Shown here: in pieces, positions 1 through 10,139 of the stretch | How the letters are laid out: each line of letters starts with the position of its first letter | Position numbering within the stretch: the first letter of the stretch is position 1 | Origin: a virus | Reading direction: 5' to 3' (one strand) | Virus record (IMG/VR): IMGVR_UViG_3300044620_001243 | DNA: 64,000 nucleotides | Position numbers and translations under genes: made by a program | The notes under the pieces: generated by a model | Seen by the model: only the letters and a program-made list of their open reading frames with translations | The model's database searches: none | Told to the model about the DNA's origin: nothing

Positions 1-231
1 TCTTATCAATGATTTCATTGATTTGTTTGTCCATTACTGTTATTTCTTGAGGAGAACTATTTGTAGTTCCTTCTGTTAATTGTACAGTGATTGTTTGATT
101 GTTAACTGCTTGATTGTTTTTTTTACATCCGCATCCGGCCATAATTAGTGTTTTTTTATAAATATTTGGTTTATTGAAAATAATTTACTATATTTTTGAT
201 GAAAAAATATTAAAATACAAACAAAAAGTAA

Positions 232-885
232 ATGGAAAAAGATTTTAAAATCGTAAAAAGTGTCCAACATTCAAACTATGAGGCGATAAAAAACATCATG
301 GAACTCTATGGTATAGAGAGATTTGACTTAGATTGCACCTACTCAAAAGGTAATTTTTGGAAAAATTTACCTGAACCATTACATAAAACCGACTTGTATC
401 CACATTATGAACATGTTATTGAGGCGAATTCTGAAAATTTACCATTCGAAGATGGTTCAATGAAAAGTATTATGTACGACCCACCTTTTGTTATTGCGGG
501 AAAAACATTTAAAGAAAACAGACCCGGAAGTTCGATTATAGCAAAAAGATTTGAAGGTTATACCACATATAAGGAATTACAAGAAAATTACCACAATACA
601 TTAAAAGAATTATATAGAATTTGTCAAAAAGATGGATTTGTGGTTATGAAATGTCAAGATACCGTGTCAGGGGGTAAACAACACTTTAGTCACGTAATGA
701 TAATGAATATGGCGTTTAAGCTTGGATTTTATCCATTAGATATGTTTGTTTTAATAAATAATGTGAGACTTAATAGTTTTGGTACAAAATGGACAAAACA
801 AGAACATTGTCGAAAATACCACAGTTATTTTTGGGTATTCAAAAAAATTAAACCAAAAGTTAATTATGATTTTATTGGGTTTTGA
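232..885 (+). CDS. putative DNA N6-adenine methyltransferase (phage Dam-like; DPPF motif)
   Basis: 217-aa ORF with SIMYDPPF, the motif IV signature of N6/N4 DNA methyltransferases. No clear FxGxG motif was seen, so the call is tentative. Confidence 0.4.
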   Translation: MEKDFKIVKSVQHSNYEAIKNIMELYGIERFDLDCTYSKGNFWKNLPEPLHKTDLYPHYEHVIEANSENLPFEDGSMKSIMYDPPFVIAGKTFKENRPGSSIIAKRFEGYTTYKELQENYHNTLKELYRICQKDGFVVMKCQDTVSGGKQHFSHVMIMNMAFKLGFYPLDMFVLINNVRLNSFGTKWTKQEHCRKYHSYFWVFKKIKPKVNYDFIGF

Positions 886-1235
886 GGTGAACCCAAATAC
901 ATATTAACCTTGTCTCCAACTTTCATACCTGAACACGTTCCCGATGGAAATTCAATTACATGGTCACCAATACCCGAATATCTTTTTGGGTTCATTTCGT
1001 TTCGACCAGCGGGTTCACAATTTAGGTGAATTTTACTGATTCGACCATTTAATATAAAAACAATATCCAAATTAATAAGACAATTTTTCATCCAAAATGA
1101 ATGATGACCAATTTTACCCATATTAAAAACCATACACCCGTCTAAATGGTCTCTACCCATCATACCTCTTTGGATTTCTTCTGGAGTCGATAGATATTCC
1201 GCAGAATACTTTTGGTTATTAATTATTACTGACAT
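864..1235 (-). CDS. DUF192-family protein
   Basis: Minus-strand 123-aa ORF. STPEEIQRGMMGR...DGCMVF...FWMKNCLINLDIVF resembles the conserved DUF192/COG1430 fold. One of only three minus-strand genes. Confidence 0.5.
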   Translation of the reverse strand: MSVIINNQKYSAEYLSTPEEIQRGMMGRDHLDGCMVFNMGKIGHHSFWMKNCLINLDIVFILNGRISKIHLNCEPAGRNEMNPKRYSGIGDHVIEFPSGTCSGMKVGDKVNMYLGSPQNPIKS

Positions 1236-1806
1236 TTTTTTATAAATATTTGTTTATCTCATTATTTTTTTTTATATTTTAGATATGAGACCCATTTTTG
1301 ACGGAAACTTTAATTTTGAAAACCACATTGAGTTGGAATATGTTTTGGATAATTTAAATCCAAAAATAGCAATTAACATACTAGAATTAGGAATAGAACA
1401 GGGACTAAGGGAAGGTATATATGATTTGACCGAAGTTCATTGTTTATATAAATCACTTAGATTTTTAAAAAATTATGAAGATAAGAATAATAATTTATTC
1501 AATGATAATAATGATGGGGATAATAACTAAATTATTTGTTGATACAACATACATATTTAATCATTATTTTTTGAATGGAATGATTTTCATGTCTTTAGTG
1601 AATATTTTATTAGAATATTTAATTAATAGAAAAAATGGGTAAAATAGAAACTAAAAAATATTTATACGATTTTTTTATTCTTAAAAAGAAACATTTTTGG
1701 TTTTTAATACCAACCCCAATTTTTTATTATAATAAAGAAACGTTTTTTGAAACCGGTGTATATACACCATCATTTGGGTTTACATTTAGGTTTTTAAATA
1801 TTATGA

Positions 1807-2958
1807 TTGGAATACAAATTCAAAAAAACTTATATATTAAAAATGAAAACAAAAATTGAATACGTATGGTTAGATGGATATATATCTGAACCTAATTTAA
1901 GAAGTAAAATAAAAATAATCGATTACGCCAATCCATCAAGAATAACATTGGGGGATATACCTAATTGGGGGTTTGACGGTAGTTCAACAAAACAAGCCGA
2001 AGGTAATTTTTCTGACTGTTATCTTAAACCAATCAAATTATATCGTTCGGATAATAATGAATCAGATACGATTTACGTATTATGTGAAGTTTTGGATGGA
2101 GACAATAATACACATGACTCAAATACTCGAGCATTAATTGGTGATGAAGATATTGATTTTTGGGTGGGTTTCGAACAGGAGTACTTTATCAGAAAAGGTC
2201 ATAATCAAAACATTTTAGGATTTAACGGTACAATCATTGACCCACAAGGAAAATACTATTGTGGTGTTGGTGGACAAATGCATGGAAGACATCTAAGTGA
2301 TGAACATTTGGATATGTGTCTAAAGTATGGAATCAATATTGAAGGAACAAACGCAGAGGTTGCTATTGGTCAATGGGAATACCAAATATTTGGTAAGGGT
2401 AAAATATCAACATCAGATGACTTATGGATGTCTCGATATTTTCTTTATAAATTGGCCGAAAAATATGGATACCAAATTGATTTACATCCAAAACCTATTC
2501 AAATTGGTGAGTGGAATGGTTCAGGTTTACATACAAATTTTTCAAATAAAAAAATGAGAGAAGTTGGAGGAGAAGAATATTTTAACTCAATTTTTAAATC
2601 TTTTTCAAGTAGAACAAAAGAACACATTGATGCATATGGTTCCGATAACCATTTAAGATTAACCGGAAAGTATGAAACACAATCGATTGACAGGTTTAGT
2701 TGGGGATTTTCTGATAGGGGAGCGTCTATTAGGGTACCTAAAATGGTATCTGAAAATTGGACAGGGTATTTGGAAGACAGGAGACCGGCTTCACATGCTG
2801 ACCCATATAGAATTGTTAAAGTTATTTCAGATACGTTAAAATTTGCGGATGAATTATATAAAACGTTATATATGATGTATTACGAATCGGATGTTATTAA
2901 AAATGATTATGGTACATTAACAAAAGATGAACTTCTTAATGATTTCAAACAAGACTAA
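1807..2958 (+). CDS. glutamine synthetase type II-like (catalytic domain)
   Basis: GSII hallmarks are present: EQEYF, NGSGLHTNFS and RFSWGFSDRGASIRVP. The likely true start is the ATG at 1843 (MKTKIEYVWLDGY). Confidence 0.7.
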   Translation: MEYKFKKTYILKMKTKIEYVWLDGYISEPNLRSKIKIIDYANPSRITLGDIPNWGFDGSSTKQAEGNFSDCYLKPIKLYRSDNNESDTIYVLCEVLDGDNNTHDSNTRALIGDEDIDFWVGFEQEYFIRKGHNQNILGFNGTIIDPQGKYYCGVGGQMHGRHLSDEHLDMCLKYGINIEGTNAEVAIGQWEYQIFGKGKISTSDDLWMSRYFLYKLAEKYGYQIDLHPKPIQIGEWNGSGLHTNFSNKKMREVGGEEYFNSIFKSFSSRTKEHIDAYGSDNHLRLTGKYETQSIDRFSWGFSDRGASIRVPKMVSENWTGYLEDRRPASHADPYRIVKVISDTLKFADELYKTLYMMYYESDVIKNDYGTLTKDELLNDFKQD

Positions 2959-3353
2959 TGTTTATACATATAACACCCGACGAACTCGAGGATGAATTTA
3001 AAAATTCTTGGAAAAGTGGATTGTTAACAAACGCTCACATTGATTACGCCACCAATGCGATTCATTGTTTATTTATGAATAGACAAGAAGTTATTGTTTT
3101 TAAATTCGATAAATATGGATTTATAAACGATAATCGATGTAACAAATATTCACTCTCTTCAGGTTCCGCTGGAATAACCATTAAAATAGAAAAAACATGA
3201 TACATCAAGAAATTTTAGACACATTTGTATTTGAAACAATAAATGGTCAGTTCGGTGTTTGCGACCCAACAGAATTCGACCAAATTATTGGTTATTACAG
3301 TACAAAAATTGAAGCTGAAAACGCTTTAAAAGAATATGTAACTCGAGAACAGA

Positions 3354-3734
3354 TTGTTTTTGAATAATATGAGTAGAATATTCTTAATCGATATTGATGG
3401 TACCATTTGTGATGATATCAGTAATGAAAATAGTCACCTTTATCCAAATGCAAAACCTATGGTTGGTGCTCAAAACATCATCAATAAATGGTACGATGAA
3501 GGAAATATCATTACTTTCTTTACCGCTCGTGAATCCAAAGACAGGACAATCACCGAAAATTGGTTAGATACACACGGATTCAAATATCATGGTTTGATTA
3601 TGGATAAACCGCGTATTCAAGATGGTCAAGAATACGTGTGGATTGATAATAGAAAAGTTAGAGCCATAACTTATCTTGGTACTTGGTCTGAGTTAACAGA
3701 AGTAGACGCTAAAATTCAAATGTTTAAAAAATGA
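3354..3734 (+). CDS. HAD-superfamily phosphatase
   Basis: The N-terminal LIDIDGTICDD sequence is the DxDGT motif I of HAD hydrolases. 126 aa. Confidence 0.55.
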   Translation: MFLNNMSRIFLIDIDGTICDDISNENSHLYPNAKPMVGAQNIINKWYDEGNIITFFTARESKDRTITENWLDTHGFKYHGLIMDKPRIQDGQEYVWIDNRKVRAITYLGTWSELTEVDAKIQMFKK

Positions 3735-3919
3735 ATATACGTTTAATAACAAAAATGAAAGAGATACAGACTTTTTATAGAGAAATAGGAAGTTTTTGTT
3801 ACGAATTGTATACGTTGATGTACGCATTCGCATTAAAAGAAAATATACCTTACGGCTTAGATATTCATCTGAAACTCATGGATGTAGTAGAAGAAGAATA
3901 TGCGGGAATTTGATTTTTT

Positions 3920-4567
3920 TTGAATTTTTGTTATATTTGTATTAAACCGAAAATTATTAAAAAAGTTATGAACAACGAGATGAATAACAAAGGAGGAAAA
4001 ACAATTATTATTGATGATGCTAAAGCATTTTTCGAACATCTATCATTTTGGCATAACAAATCAGATGATGAGTGTATTGAATTAGCAACAAATGAATATG
4101 GTTTAGACGCCGAACAAGCATTGAGGAACATGTTCGAAAGAGATTTTGTTACTGGTATGAATAATAATTTAATTGAAGAACTTAAAAATTTAAGAGACAA
4201 TGAGGATGAAGAAAGATACAATCGGATTATTGATGATGCTTATAAGAATTTCAAGAATAATTTCCCGATGAAAAAATCTAACCCACCGAAAGACTATATT
4301 AATAGTAAAGGACAATTACTAACAAAAGAAGAATTCATCAACAAATGTAAAACCGATACAGAATTCTCCCAAAGGTGGGGATTGAAGATTGAACAACGAG
4401 AGTTGAGTTTGGAAGAAAGAGCAAAATGGTTACAAGATAATAAAGGATACGACTTATTGGTTGGTAATTTAGACCACGACCATATAAGAGAAGTTGTTGA
4501 AGAAGAAGCACCAACCAAACTAATCACAATAACATATAACGATAAAACAATAGAAAGCTATGAGTAA
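3920..4567 (+). CDS. hypothetical protein (junction-motif family; contains thyA-derived segment)
   Basis: 215-aa ORF. Its C-terminus TKLITITYNDKTIESYE is shared with downstream ORFs. An internal EEFINKCKTDTEFSQRWG...RELSLEER segment resembles two separated segments of the thyA at 6871. Confidence 0.45.
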   Translation: MNFCYICIKPKIIKKVMNNEMNNKGGKTIIIDDAKAFFEHLSFWHNKSDDECIELATNEYGLDAEQALRNMFERDFVTGMNNNLIEELKNLRDNEDEERYNRIIDDAYKNFKNNFPMKKSNPPKDYINSKGQLLTKEEFINKCKTDTEFSQRWGLKIEQRELSLEERAKWLQDNKGYDLLVGNLDHDHIREVVEEEAPTKLITITYNDKTIESYE

Positions 4568-4868
4568 AGAAATTAGCCCTGTTATTATAGTAGCAGTAGA
4601 TTTAATGAAACGTGTTAATGAGGGTTTGGAAGTGGAATTCATAGGTGAAATGAAAAGAACAGAACCATCGGAATACTATCCAATTGGTCAGTTGGGGATT
4701 TCCACTAAAATGACCTTGTTAGGTCTTGAAGAAAATGTTTTTTTAGGAGCACAACAATGTGAAGACATGATAAACCCTCTCGGACATCTCTTAGCTGAGG
4801 ATTTAGTGATGACAGTTTTTAGAGACAAGCTAAAAGTATTATTTGAGCAGATAAGCCAAAATAATTGA
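4560..4868 (+). CDS. hypothetical protein
   Basis: 102-aa ORF whose start overlaps the upstream stop (ATGAGTAAA). Confidence 0.35.
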   Translation: MSKEISPVIIVAVDLMKRVNEGLEVEFIGEMKRTEPSEYYPIGQLGISTKMTLLGLEENVFLGAQQCEDMINPLGHLLAEDLVMTVFRDKLKVLFEQISQNN

Positions 4869-5311
4869 AAATTATGAATAAAGAACAACAAGAATTATTG
4901 GATGATGTTTATGAGACATACACAAATTATCCATTAGCAACAATACAAGACCATCATACAAACATACTTTATCAAAATTTATACAAAGGTTGGTGTATTC
5001 TCATTGGTCTTTCTATCGTATCCCCGCACCCAACTAGACATCTAACAAAAGAAGAATTCATCAACAAATGTAAAACCGATACAGAATTCTCTGAAAGGTG
5101 GGGATTAAAAATTGAAGAACGAGAGTTGAGTTTGGAAGAGAGGAGTATTATAGCAAAATCAAACCACTATGAAGTATCTCAGAACATAAAGAGGTCTGTT
5201 CGTGTTGATGAAGACCGCACATTACATAAAAATTTGGATGAAATTAACATCCCAACAAAACTAATCACAATAACATACAACGATAAAACAATAGAAAGTT
5301 ATGAAAGTTAA
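4865..5311 (+). CDS. hypothetical protein (paralog of 3920..4567)
   Basis: Shares the EEFINKCKTDTEFSERWGLKIEERELSLEER segment and the C-terminal TKLITITYNDKTIESYE with 3920..4567. Confidence 0.45.
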   Translation: MKIMNKEQQELLDDVYETYTNYPLATIQDHHTNILYQNLYKGWCILIGLSIVSPHPTRHLTKEEFINKCKTDTEFSERWGLKIEERELSLEERSIIAKSNHYEVSQNIKRSVRVDEDRTLHKNLDEINIPTKLITITYNDKTIESYES

Positions 5312-5591
5312 AATTAATGAAAAATGGTTTGAGGGTAGATATGATGATGAAAGAAAATTTATTATACCTCTATCTGAAGAACAAGATGTGATTTTTTTTT
5401 ATAAATGGCAAAAAAAATGTAATCTTGGATTGAATGGACAAATACCTAAATCAGATTATGTGAAAGATGTTGAATATAAAAGAATTTGCGAGTCTGGTAT
5501 TTTAAATAATTGTTACCCAACACTAAACCTAAATGAAGATGCGGTATGGTTAAAATTTGATAGTTATAAAACAATAGAAAGTTATGAATAA
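5301..5591 (+). CDS. hypothetical protein (junction-motif family)
   Basis: 96 aa, ending in KTIESYE, with an overlapping start and stop. Confidence 0.4.
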   Translation: MKVKINEKWFEGRYDDERKFIIPLSEEQDVIFFYKWQKKCNLGLNGQIPKSDYVKDVEYKRICESGILNNCYPTLNLNEDAVWLKFDSYKTIESYE

Positions 5592-5862
5592 AGAAATCAA
5601 AAAAGGAAATCTGAATTACGACGGGTCAGGTAGAGCATACCCTGATAATCCACAAATAAAAGAAAATTGGGATTGTATTTGGGAAAATAATGGTAAACAT
5701 TATATGCTAGTTGGTAGTGATGAACACAAGAAGTGGGAAATTTACTTGGGTGAAATGATTAATGTTTGGATTGAACGTCGTGGGTATCTTGATTTTGATA
5801 CTGATGAACAGGAGATTATTGATTTTTACAATAAGACACAACAAAACAATAGAAAGTTATGA
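5584..5862 (+). CDS. hypothetical protein (junction-motif family)
   Basis: 92 aa. The 3' end carries the same AAAACAATAGAAAGTTATGAA junction. Confidence 0.4.
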   Translation: MNKEIKKGNLNYDGSGRAYPDNPQIKENWDCIWENNGKHYMLVGSDEHKKWEIYLGEMINVWIERRGYLDFDTDEQEIIDFYNKTQQNNRKL

Positions 5863-6434
5863 AAGGAATATTAACAAGGAATGAAGATGGTATTTGGATG
5901 GTAAAATGGTCTGATTTACATTCATTCGGTCACGGAACGCATTGGTCTTATACAGAACTATCTAATGATAGTAATTCAATCAAGTACATTAAAGATGGTG
6001 AAATTAAATATAACGTACTTAAAGAAGGTTTGGAAGTTGATTTCGAAATTATAACATCAGGATACGATAGGGTAAACTTTACACCAAATAATTCAGCTAA
6101 ACTTATATTCCCAGAAGTTGATATTTTTGAAAAAGAAGGTTATATTAAAGAGTATGTTAAAGAAGGTGGTGACCTATGGTCAATATACAATATATCAACT
6201 ATTAGGGATGGTGGTACAATTATGTTAATAAGACCACCACAAAGTAAATTAAACCCAATTTATATTCATAAAGATTATTGGACATTACATGATGGTTATC
6301 CAACAACGGATGAAAATCTAATAACTAATACAAATGAACAATATTACATAATAGATAGGTTACAAAAATATAAAAGAGATTGTGAATTTAATTTACGACA
6401 AATTAAAGATATTATAGAAAAAATAAAGCTATGA
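5859..6434 (+). CDS. hypothetical protein
   Basis: 191-aa ORF coupled to its neighbours by overlapping ATGA. Confidence 0.4.
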   Translation: MKGILTRNEDGIWMVKWSDLHSFGHGTHWSYTELSNDSNSIKYIKDGEIKYNVLKEGLEVDFEIITSGYDRVNFTPNNSAKLIFPEVDIFEKEGYIKEYVKEGGDLWSIYNISTIRDGGTIMLIRPPQSKLNPIYIHKDYWTLHDGYPTTDENLITNTNEQYYIIDRLQKYKRDCEFNLRQIKDIIEKIKL

Positions 6435-6868
6435 ATAAAGAAATAATAAAAAATAAATTTGGTGATGAATCCGTGTGGAATCAACCAGAATTAAATGAAG
6501 GATTTGATAAATTTATTAAGGAAAAAACATCTCCCATAGGTGAGGGAAATGACCCGTGGAACTACAATATTCCATTAAATGAATTAAACATTAATATAAC
6601 AAAAGTAGAAGGACCTACATTTGAATACAATGGACGAGCATTCATTTGTCAAATTAGAAAAGCACCTCTGTTAAGAATCCATAATTTAGATGAAAACTTT
6701 TCAAATCTTACAGATAACTCTAGAATAAAAAAAGAGTTGGAGGATTTTATAAATGATAACTTCACCCATATCTACCAAGTTTTTGAGGAGAGATTATTGT
6801 CCTTTGTTGGTGATAATAGAGTGATGAACGAAATCAAATATGTCGTTAGAGGAACTAAAATAATTTAA
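6431..6868 (+). CDS. hypothetical protein
   Basis: 145-aa ORF. Confidence 0.4.
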   Translation: MNKEIIKNKFGDESVWNQPELNEGFDKFIKEKTSPIGEGNDPWNYNIPLNELNINITKVEGPTFEYNGRAFICQIRKAPLLRIHNLDENFSNLTDNSRIKKELEDFINDNFTHIYQVFEERLLSFVGDNRVMNEIKYVVRGTKII

Positions 6869-6870
6869 TT

Positions 6871-8016
6871 ATGAACAATTTAGATAAAAAATACATAGCA
6901 CTCCTACAAGACATACTTGATAATGGAGTAGAAAAGAAAGACAGGACAGGTACGGGGACTCTATCAGTATTCGGTAGACAAATCCGTCATTCTATGAAAG
7001 ATGGTTTCCCACTATTAACTACAAAGAAGATGTATTTCAAAGGAATTGTAACTGAATTGTTATGGTTCTTGCGTGGCGACACAAACATCAAATTCCTTGT
7101 TGATAATGATTGTCATATTTGGGATGGGGACGCATACAAAAACTATACCAAAAAAATGACATACCACCCAGAAGAAAATTGGTTAGATGATGGAATAGGT
7201 GGGAAAACTTATCGTCAACTCACACAAGAAGAATTCATTAACAAAATCAAGACAGATGATGAGTTTGCTAAGAAGTGGGGGTCGCTCGGGCCCGTGTATG
7301 GTAAGCAATGGAGAAGTTGGAGTAAATTAGAACTTACTGAGGTTGGTAAAGAATTATCTGAAATTTGGGATGGTAGAACACATACTAAACTTGATTTTCC
7401 GATAGACCAAATCGCAAACCTAATCAACGACCTTAAAACAAACCCAGACTCAAGACGATTGATGGTTAGTGCTTGGAATGTTGGAGAATTAGACCAAATG
7501 GTTCTTCCTCCTTGTCACTACAGCTTTCAAGTTTATACAAGAGAGTTGAGTTTACTAGAAAGATATGAACTGATGAAAAAATTAGATAATTGGGTGTCGG
7601 TTCACTACAAAGAGCCTAAGACAATGGAGTATATGGATAAACATAATATCCCAACCAGAGCAATCTCATTAATGTATAACGCCAGAAGCCAGGACGTACC
7701 ATTAGGAACGCCCTTCAACATAGCCTCCTATGCACTACTCTTGGAAATAATTGCAAAGATGGTTAATATGGTTCCTGATGAATTGATTACTAATATGGGG
7801 GATTGTCATATCTACCTCAATCAAATTGAAGGTATTAAAGAACAATTGACAAGAGAACCTTACACACTGCCAAAATTATTGGGAAAGGATGAATATTATT
7901 ACTTAATGGATTTGGATATTCCTTTCTCTGAAAAAATTGATGCATTCAAACCCGATTTTTGGAAATTGGAAAACTACCAATCTCACCCAGCAATTAAATT
8001 ACCATTATCAAATTAA
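6871..8016 (+). CDS. thyA: thymidylate synthase (ThyA, phage td-like with insertions)
   Basis: Carries DRTGTGT, LGPVYGKQWRSW, NPDSRRLMVSAWNVGELD, the catalytic PCH and LGTPFNIASYALL. It is 381 aa because of a T4-td-like insert (…DDEFAKKWGSLG). Confidence 0.85.
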   Translation: MNNLDKKYIALLQDILDNGVEKKDRTGTGTLSVFGRQIRHSMKDGFPLLTTKKMYFKGIVTELLWFLRGDTNIKFLVDNDCHIWDGDAYKNYTKKMTYHPEENWLDDGIGGKTYRQLTQEEFINKIKTDDEFAKKWGSLGPVYGKQWRSWSKLELTEVGKELSEIWDGRTHTKLDFPIDQIANLINDLKTNPDSRRLMVSAWNVGELDQMVLPPCHYSFQVYTRELSLLERYELMKKLDNWVSVHYKEPKTMEYMDKHNIPTRAISLMYNARSQDVPLGTPFNIASYALLLEIIAKMVNMVPDELITNMGDCHIYLNQIEGIKEQLTREPYTLPKLLGKDEYYYLMDLDIPFSEKIDAFKPDFWKLENYQSHPAIKLPLSN

Positions 8017-8031
8017 CACACAAATAAACAC

Positions 8032-8206
8032 TATGAAAAATCTACAAATTGAAATAACCATCACCGATGGCGAAAAAGAGGCAAAGGCATCAATCAATGT
8101 TGGAGAATATCAAATGATGAAAGAACTACACAATGTTAGTTTAATAGATATGCAAGTTGATGTTTTACTCAATGAAATCAAAAAATCAATCACACCCATC
8201 AATTAA
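8032..8206 (+). CDS. small hypothetical protein
   Basis: 58-aa ORF. Its 3' end duplicates the 3' end of thyA (…ATTAAATTACC..TCAAATTAA). Confidence 0.3.
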
Positions 8207-8228
8207 ATTACCGCTTTCAAATTAAAAA

Positions 8229-8498
8229 ATGGAAAAATATTACATCAATGTTAAAATTTCTGGCGGAAAATCAGAAATTAGTGAAATTCTAAATCTTTTT
8301 GCTAAGATACAATATCTTGGAAATGTCGGTGCCACCCGCACAATTCCGGTCGTTGTTGATGGGGATGGGTCAGGTCAGTTACGATTTGAAACTATTGAAA
8401 CGGACAACAATATAATTGACAACTTTGAATTAGAAAATTTCAAAAGTCAAGTTGACTCAGGCATAGATAAACTAGATGACCATTGGATAGGGGAGTAA
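8229..8498 (+). CDS. hypothetical protein
   Basis: 89-aa ORF. Confidence 0.35.
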   Translation: MEKYYINVKISGGKSEISEILNLFAKIQYLGNVGATRTIPVVVDGDGSGQLRFETIETDNNIIDNFELENFKSQVDSGIDKLDDHWIGE

Positions 8499-8526
8499 TA
8501 CATTTAAAAATTAAAATTAAAAAATT

Positions 8527-9099
8527 ATGAGTTTAACAAATTACGCAAAAAAAGAATTACAGACCGCCGGTTTCTTTGATGAAGATTCCGATTACGGGGG
8601 TTTAATTGGAGAGGCTGTAATGGAACTTATTGAAGTGTTCGATAAACAAGGACACTCGGGTATGTCTGCTCCTTATGTTGCTTCAATCTTTAACAAACTT
8701 GCCAACTTTGAACCTTTACTACCTATTACAGGTAAAGATGAAGAATGGGGAGATGTTAAGGATTTGGAAAGTGGAAAACCTTGGTATCAAAACAGGAGAT
8801 GTTCTGCTTTATTTAAAGATGGGAAGGATGGAAAACCCTACTTCATACACGCAATTATTAAAAGAGACCAAAATGGGAGTTGTTGGAGTGGAATGGCGTG
8901 GTTAAATGAAGAAGATTACAAATCAGGCGATAGAAGTAAAATGGTTGGAAAGAAGGGGTATGTTAAATCATTTCCTTTTGTTCCTAAAACATTTTACATT
9001 GATGTTAAGGATGTTGAGGTAGGAAAAGATGATTGGGAATCATTTGTTGTCGACCCATCACAATTGGAAGAGGTGTGGGAGTATTATGATAAGGATTAA
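8527..9099 (+). CDS. hypothetical protein
   Basis: 190-aa ORF. Confidence 0.4.
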   Translation: MSLTNYAKKELQTAGFFDEDSDYGGLIGEAVMELIEVFDKQGHSGMSAPYVASIFNKLANFEPLLPITGKDEEWGDVKDLESGKPWYQNRRCSALFKDGKDGKPYFIHAIIKRDQNGSCWSGMAWLNEEDYKSGDRSKMVGKKGYVKSFPFVPKTFYIDVKDVEVGKDDWESFVVDPSQLEEVWEYYDKD

Positions 9100-9356
9100 T
9101 AGATATGGTTACTAAGATACACGTCAATCAACACCACATTCGTTCCAACAAAACCAAAGGAACTGATTTACCTGTTATCACCGTTAAACAGGGTAGAAAA
9201 AACACCTATTGTAATGAAGTGGAGATATTGGGACCAAGTAAAATAACTTACTGTGGAGCTGGGGATGATGTAAAACCTTTAATTTCTTGTGGAGCAAGAG
9301 TGGTTATTGAGACTGAATCTGATGTACGGATTTTGAATTGATTTATATTTATTGAT

Positions 9357-9788
9357 ATGATAAAACTTATAAATGTATTGAAAGAAATCGATGAACCACA
9401 AGAAATTGACCAAAAAGATTTGTTTAGATTTTTTGAAAAAGTATTTTATGAAATAAAAGATAAAAGACATGGTTTACCAACGTCAGACCAATTGGCCCAA
9501 TTAACACCTGAAGCAAAATCTTATTTGCTGACTGTGTTAGATACAGTTAAGATGTATGACAGCAAATATCAAAGACTAGGAAAATTCCTACACCCAGACA
9601 ACAACAAAGAACTTACATCAGAAGACGAGTTAATATCGTATCTTTCTTCTATGTACTTTGCTGGTTTTGATAGACCTTCAATATTGGGTAAACCAAATAA
9701 ACCTATTCAAGGGTTGAAATTACCCCAACCACCATCTCAAGAAGTGGTGAACAGTATAATCAATTTCGCTAAGGCTAGAAAAACTTAA
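9357..9788 (+). CDS. hypothetical protein
   Basis: 143-aa ORF. Confidence 0.35.
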   Translation: MIKLINVLKEIDEPQEIDQKDLFRFFEKVFYEIKDKRHGLPTSDQLAQLTPEAKSYLLTVLDTVKMYDSKYQRLGKFLHPDNNKELTSEDELISYLSSMYFAGFDRPSILGKPNKPIQGLKLPQPPSQEVVNSIINFAKARKT

Positions 9789-10139
9789 ATAAATTTGGAT
9801 ATGATACTTTTTTTTATTATATTATCAATGACAATACCTCTTTCCATTCTTTGGGTGCGAGGTATTGATTACATGAAAGAAAATCATCCTGACTATTGGG
9901 GTGAGAATTTATTTGATGAAGAAGATAAAATACACATAAGTTAATTTTTATGAAAGAAACTAATTATAAATTCAAAGTAGGCGATAAGGCTTACAAACCA
10001 AAAGGATATAAATTTCCTTGTACAATTGTATCCGTTTTTGAAACAACTTCCTCTCAAGTAAGGGTGGTAGCGGAAATGGATGAATACGGATTGTTACATA
10101 TTTTTAACGAAGAACAGTTAGAACATTACACTCAATAAA

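Noticed and set aside
7200-7270. Insertion in ThyA as a novel mobile mini-domain
   Set aside because: The roughly 45-aa insert before LGPVYGKQW is the known insertion of phage T4 td-type and eukaryote-like thymidylate synthases (…DDAFAAKYGDLG in T4). Only its partial copies in upstream ORFs are unusual.
8630-8905. 91-aa ORF in an alternate frame of 8527..9099
   Set aside because: It is fully nested in the longer, better-supported ORF.
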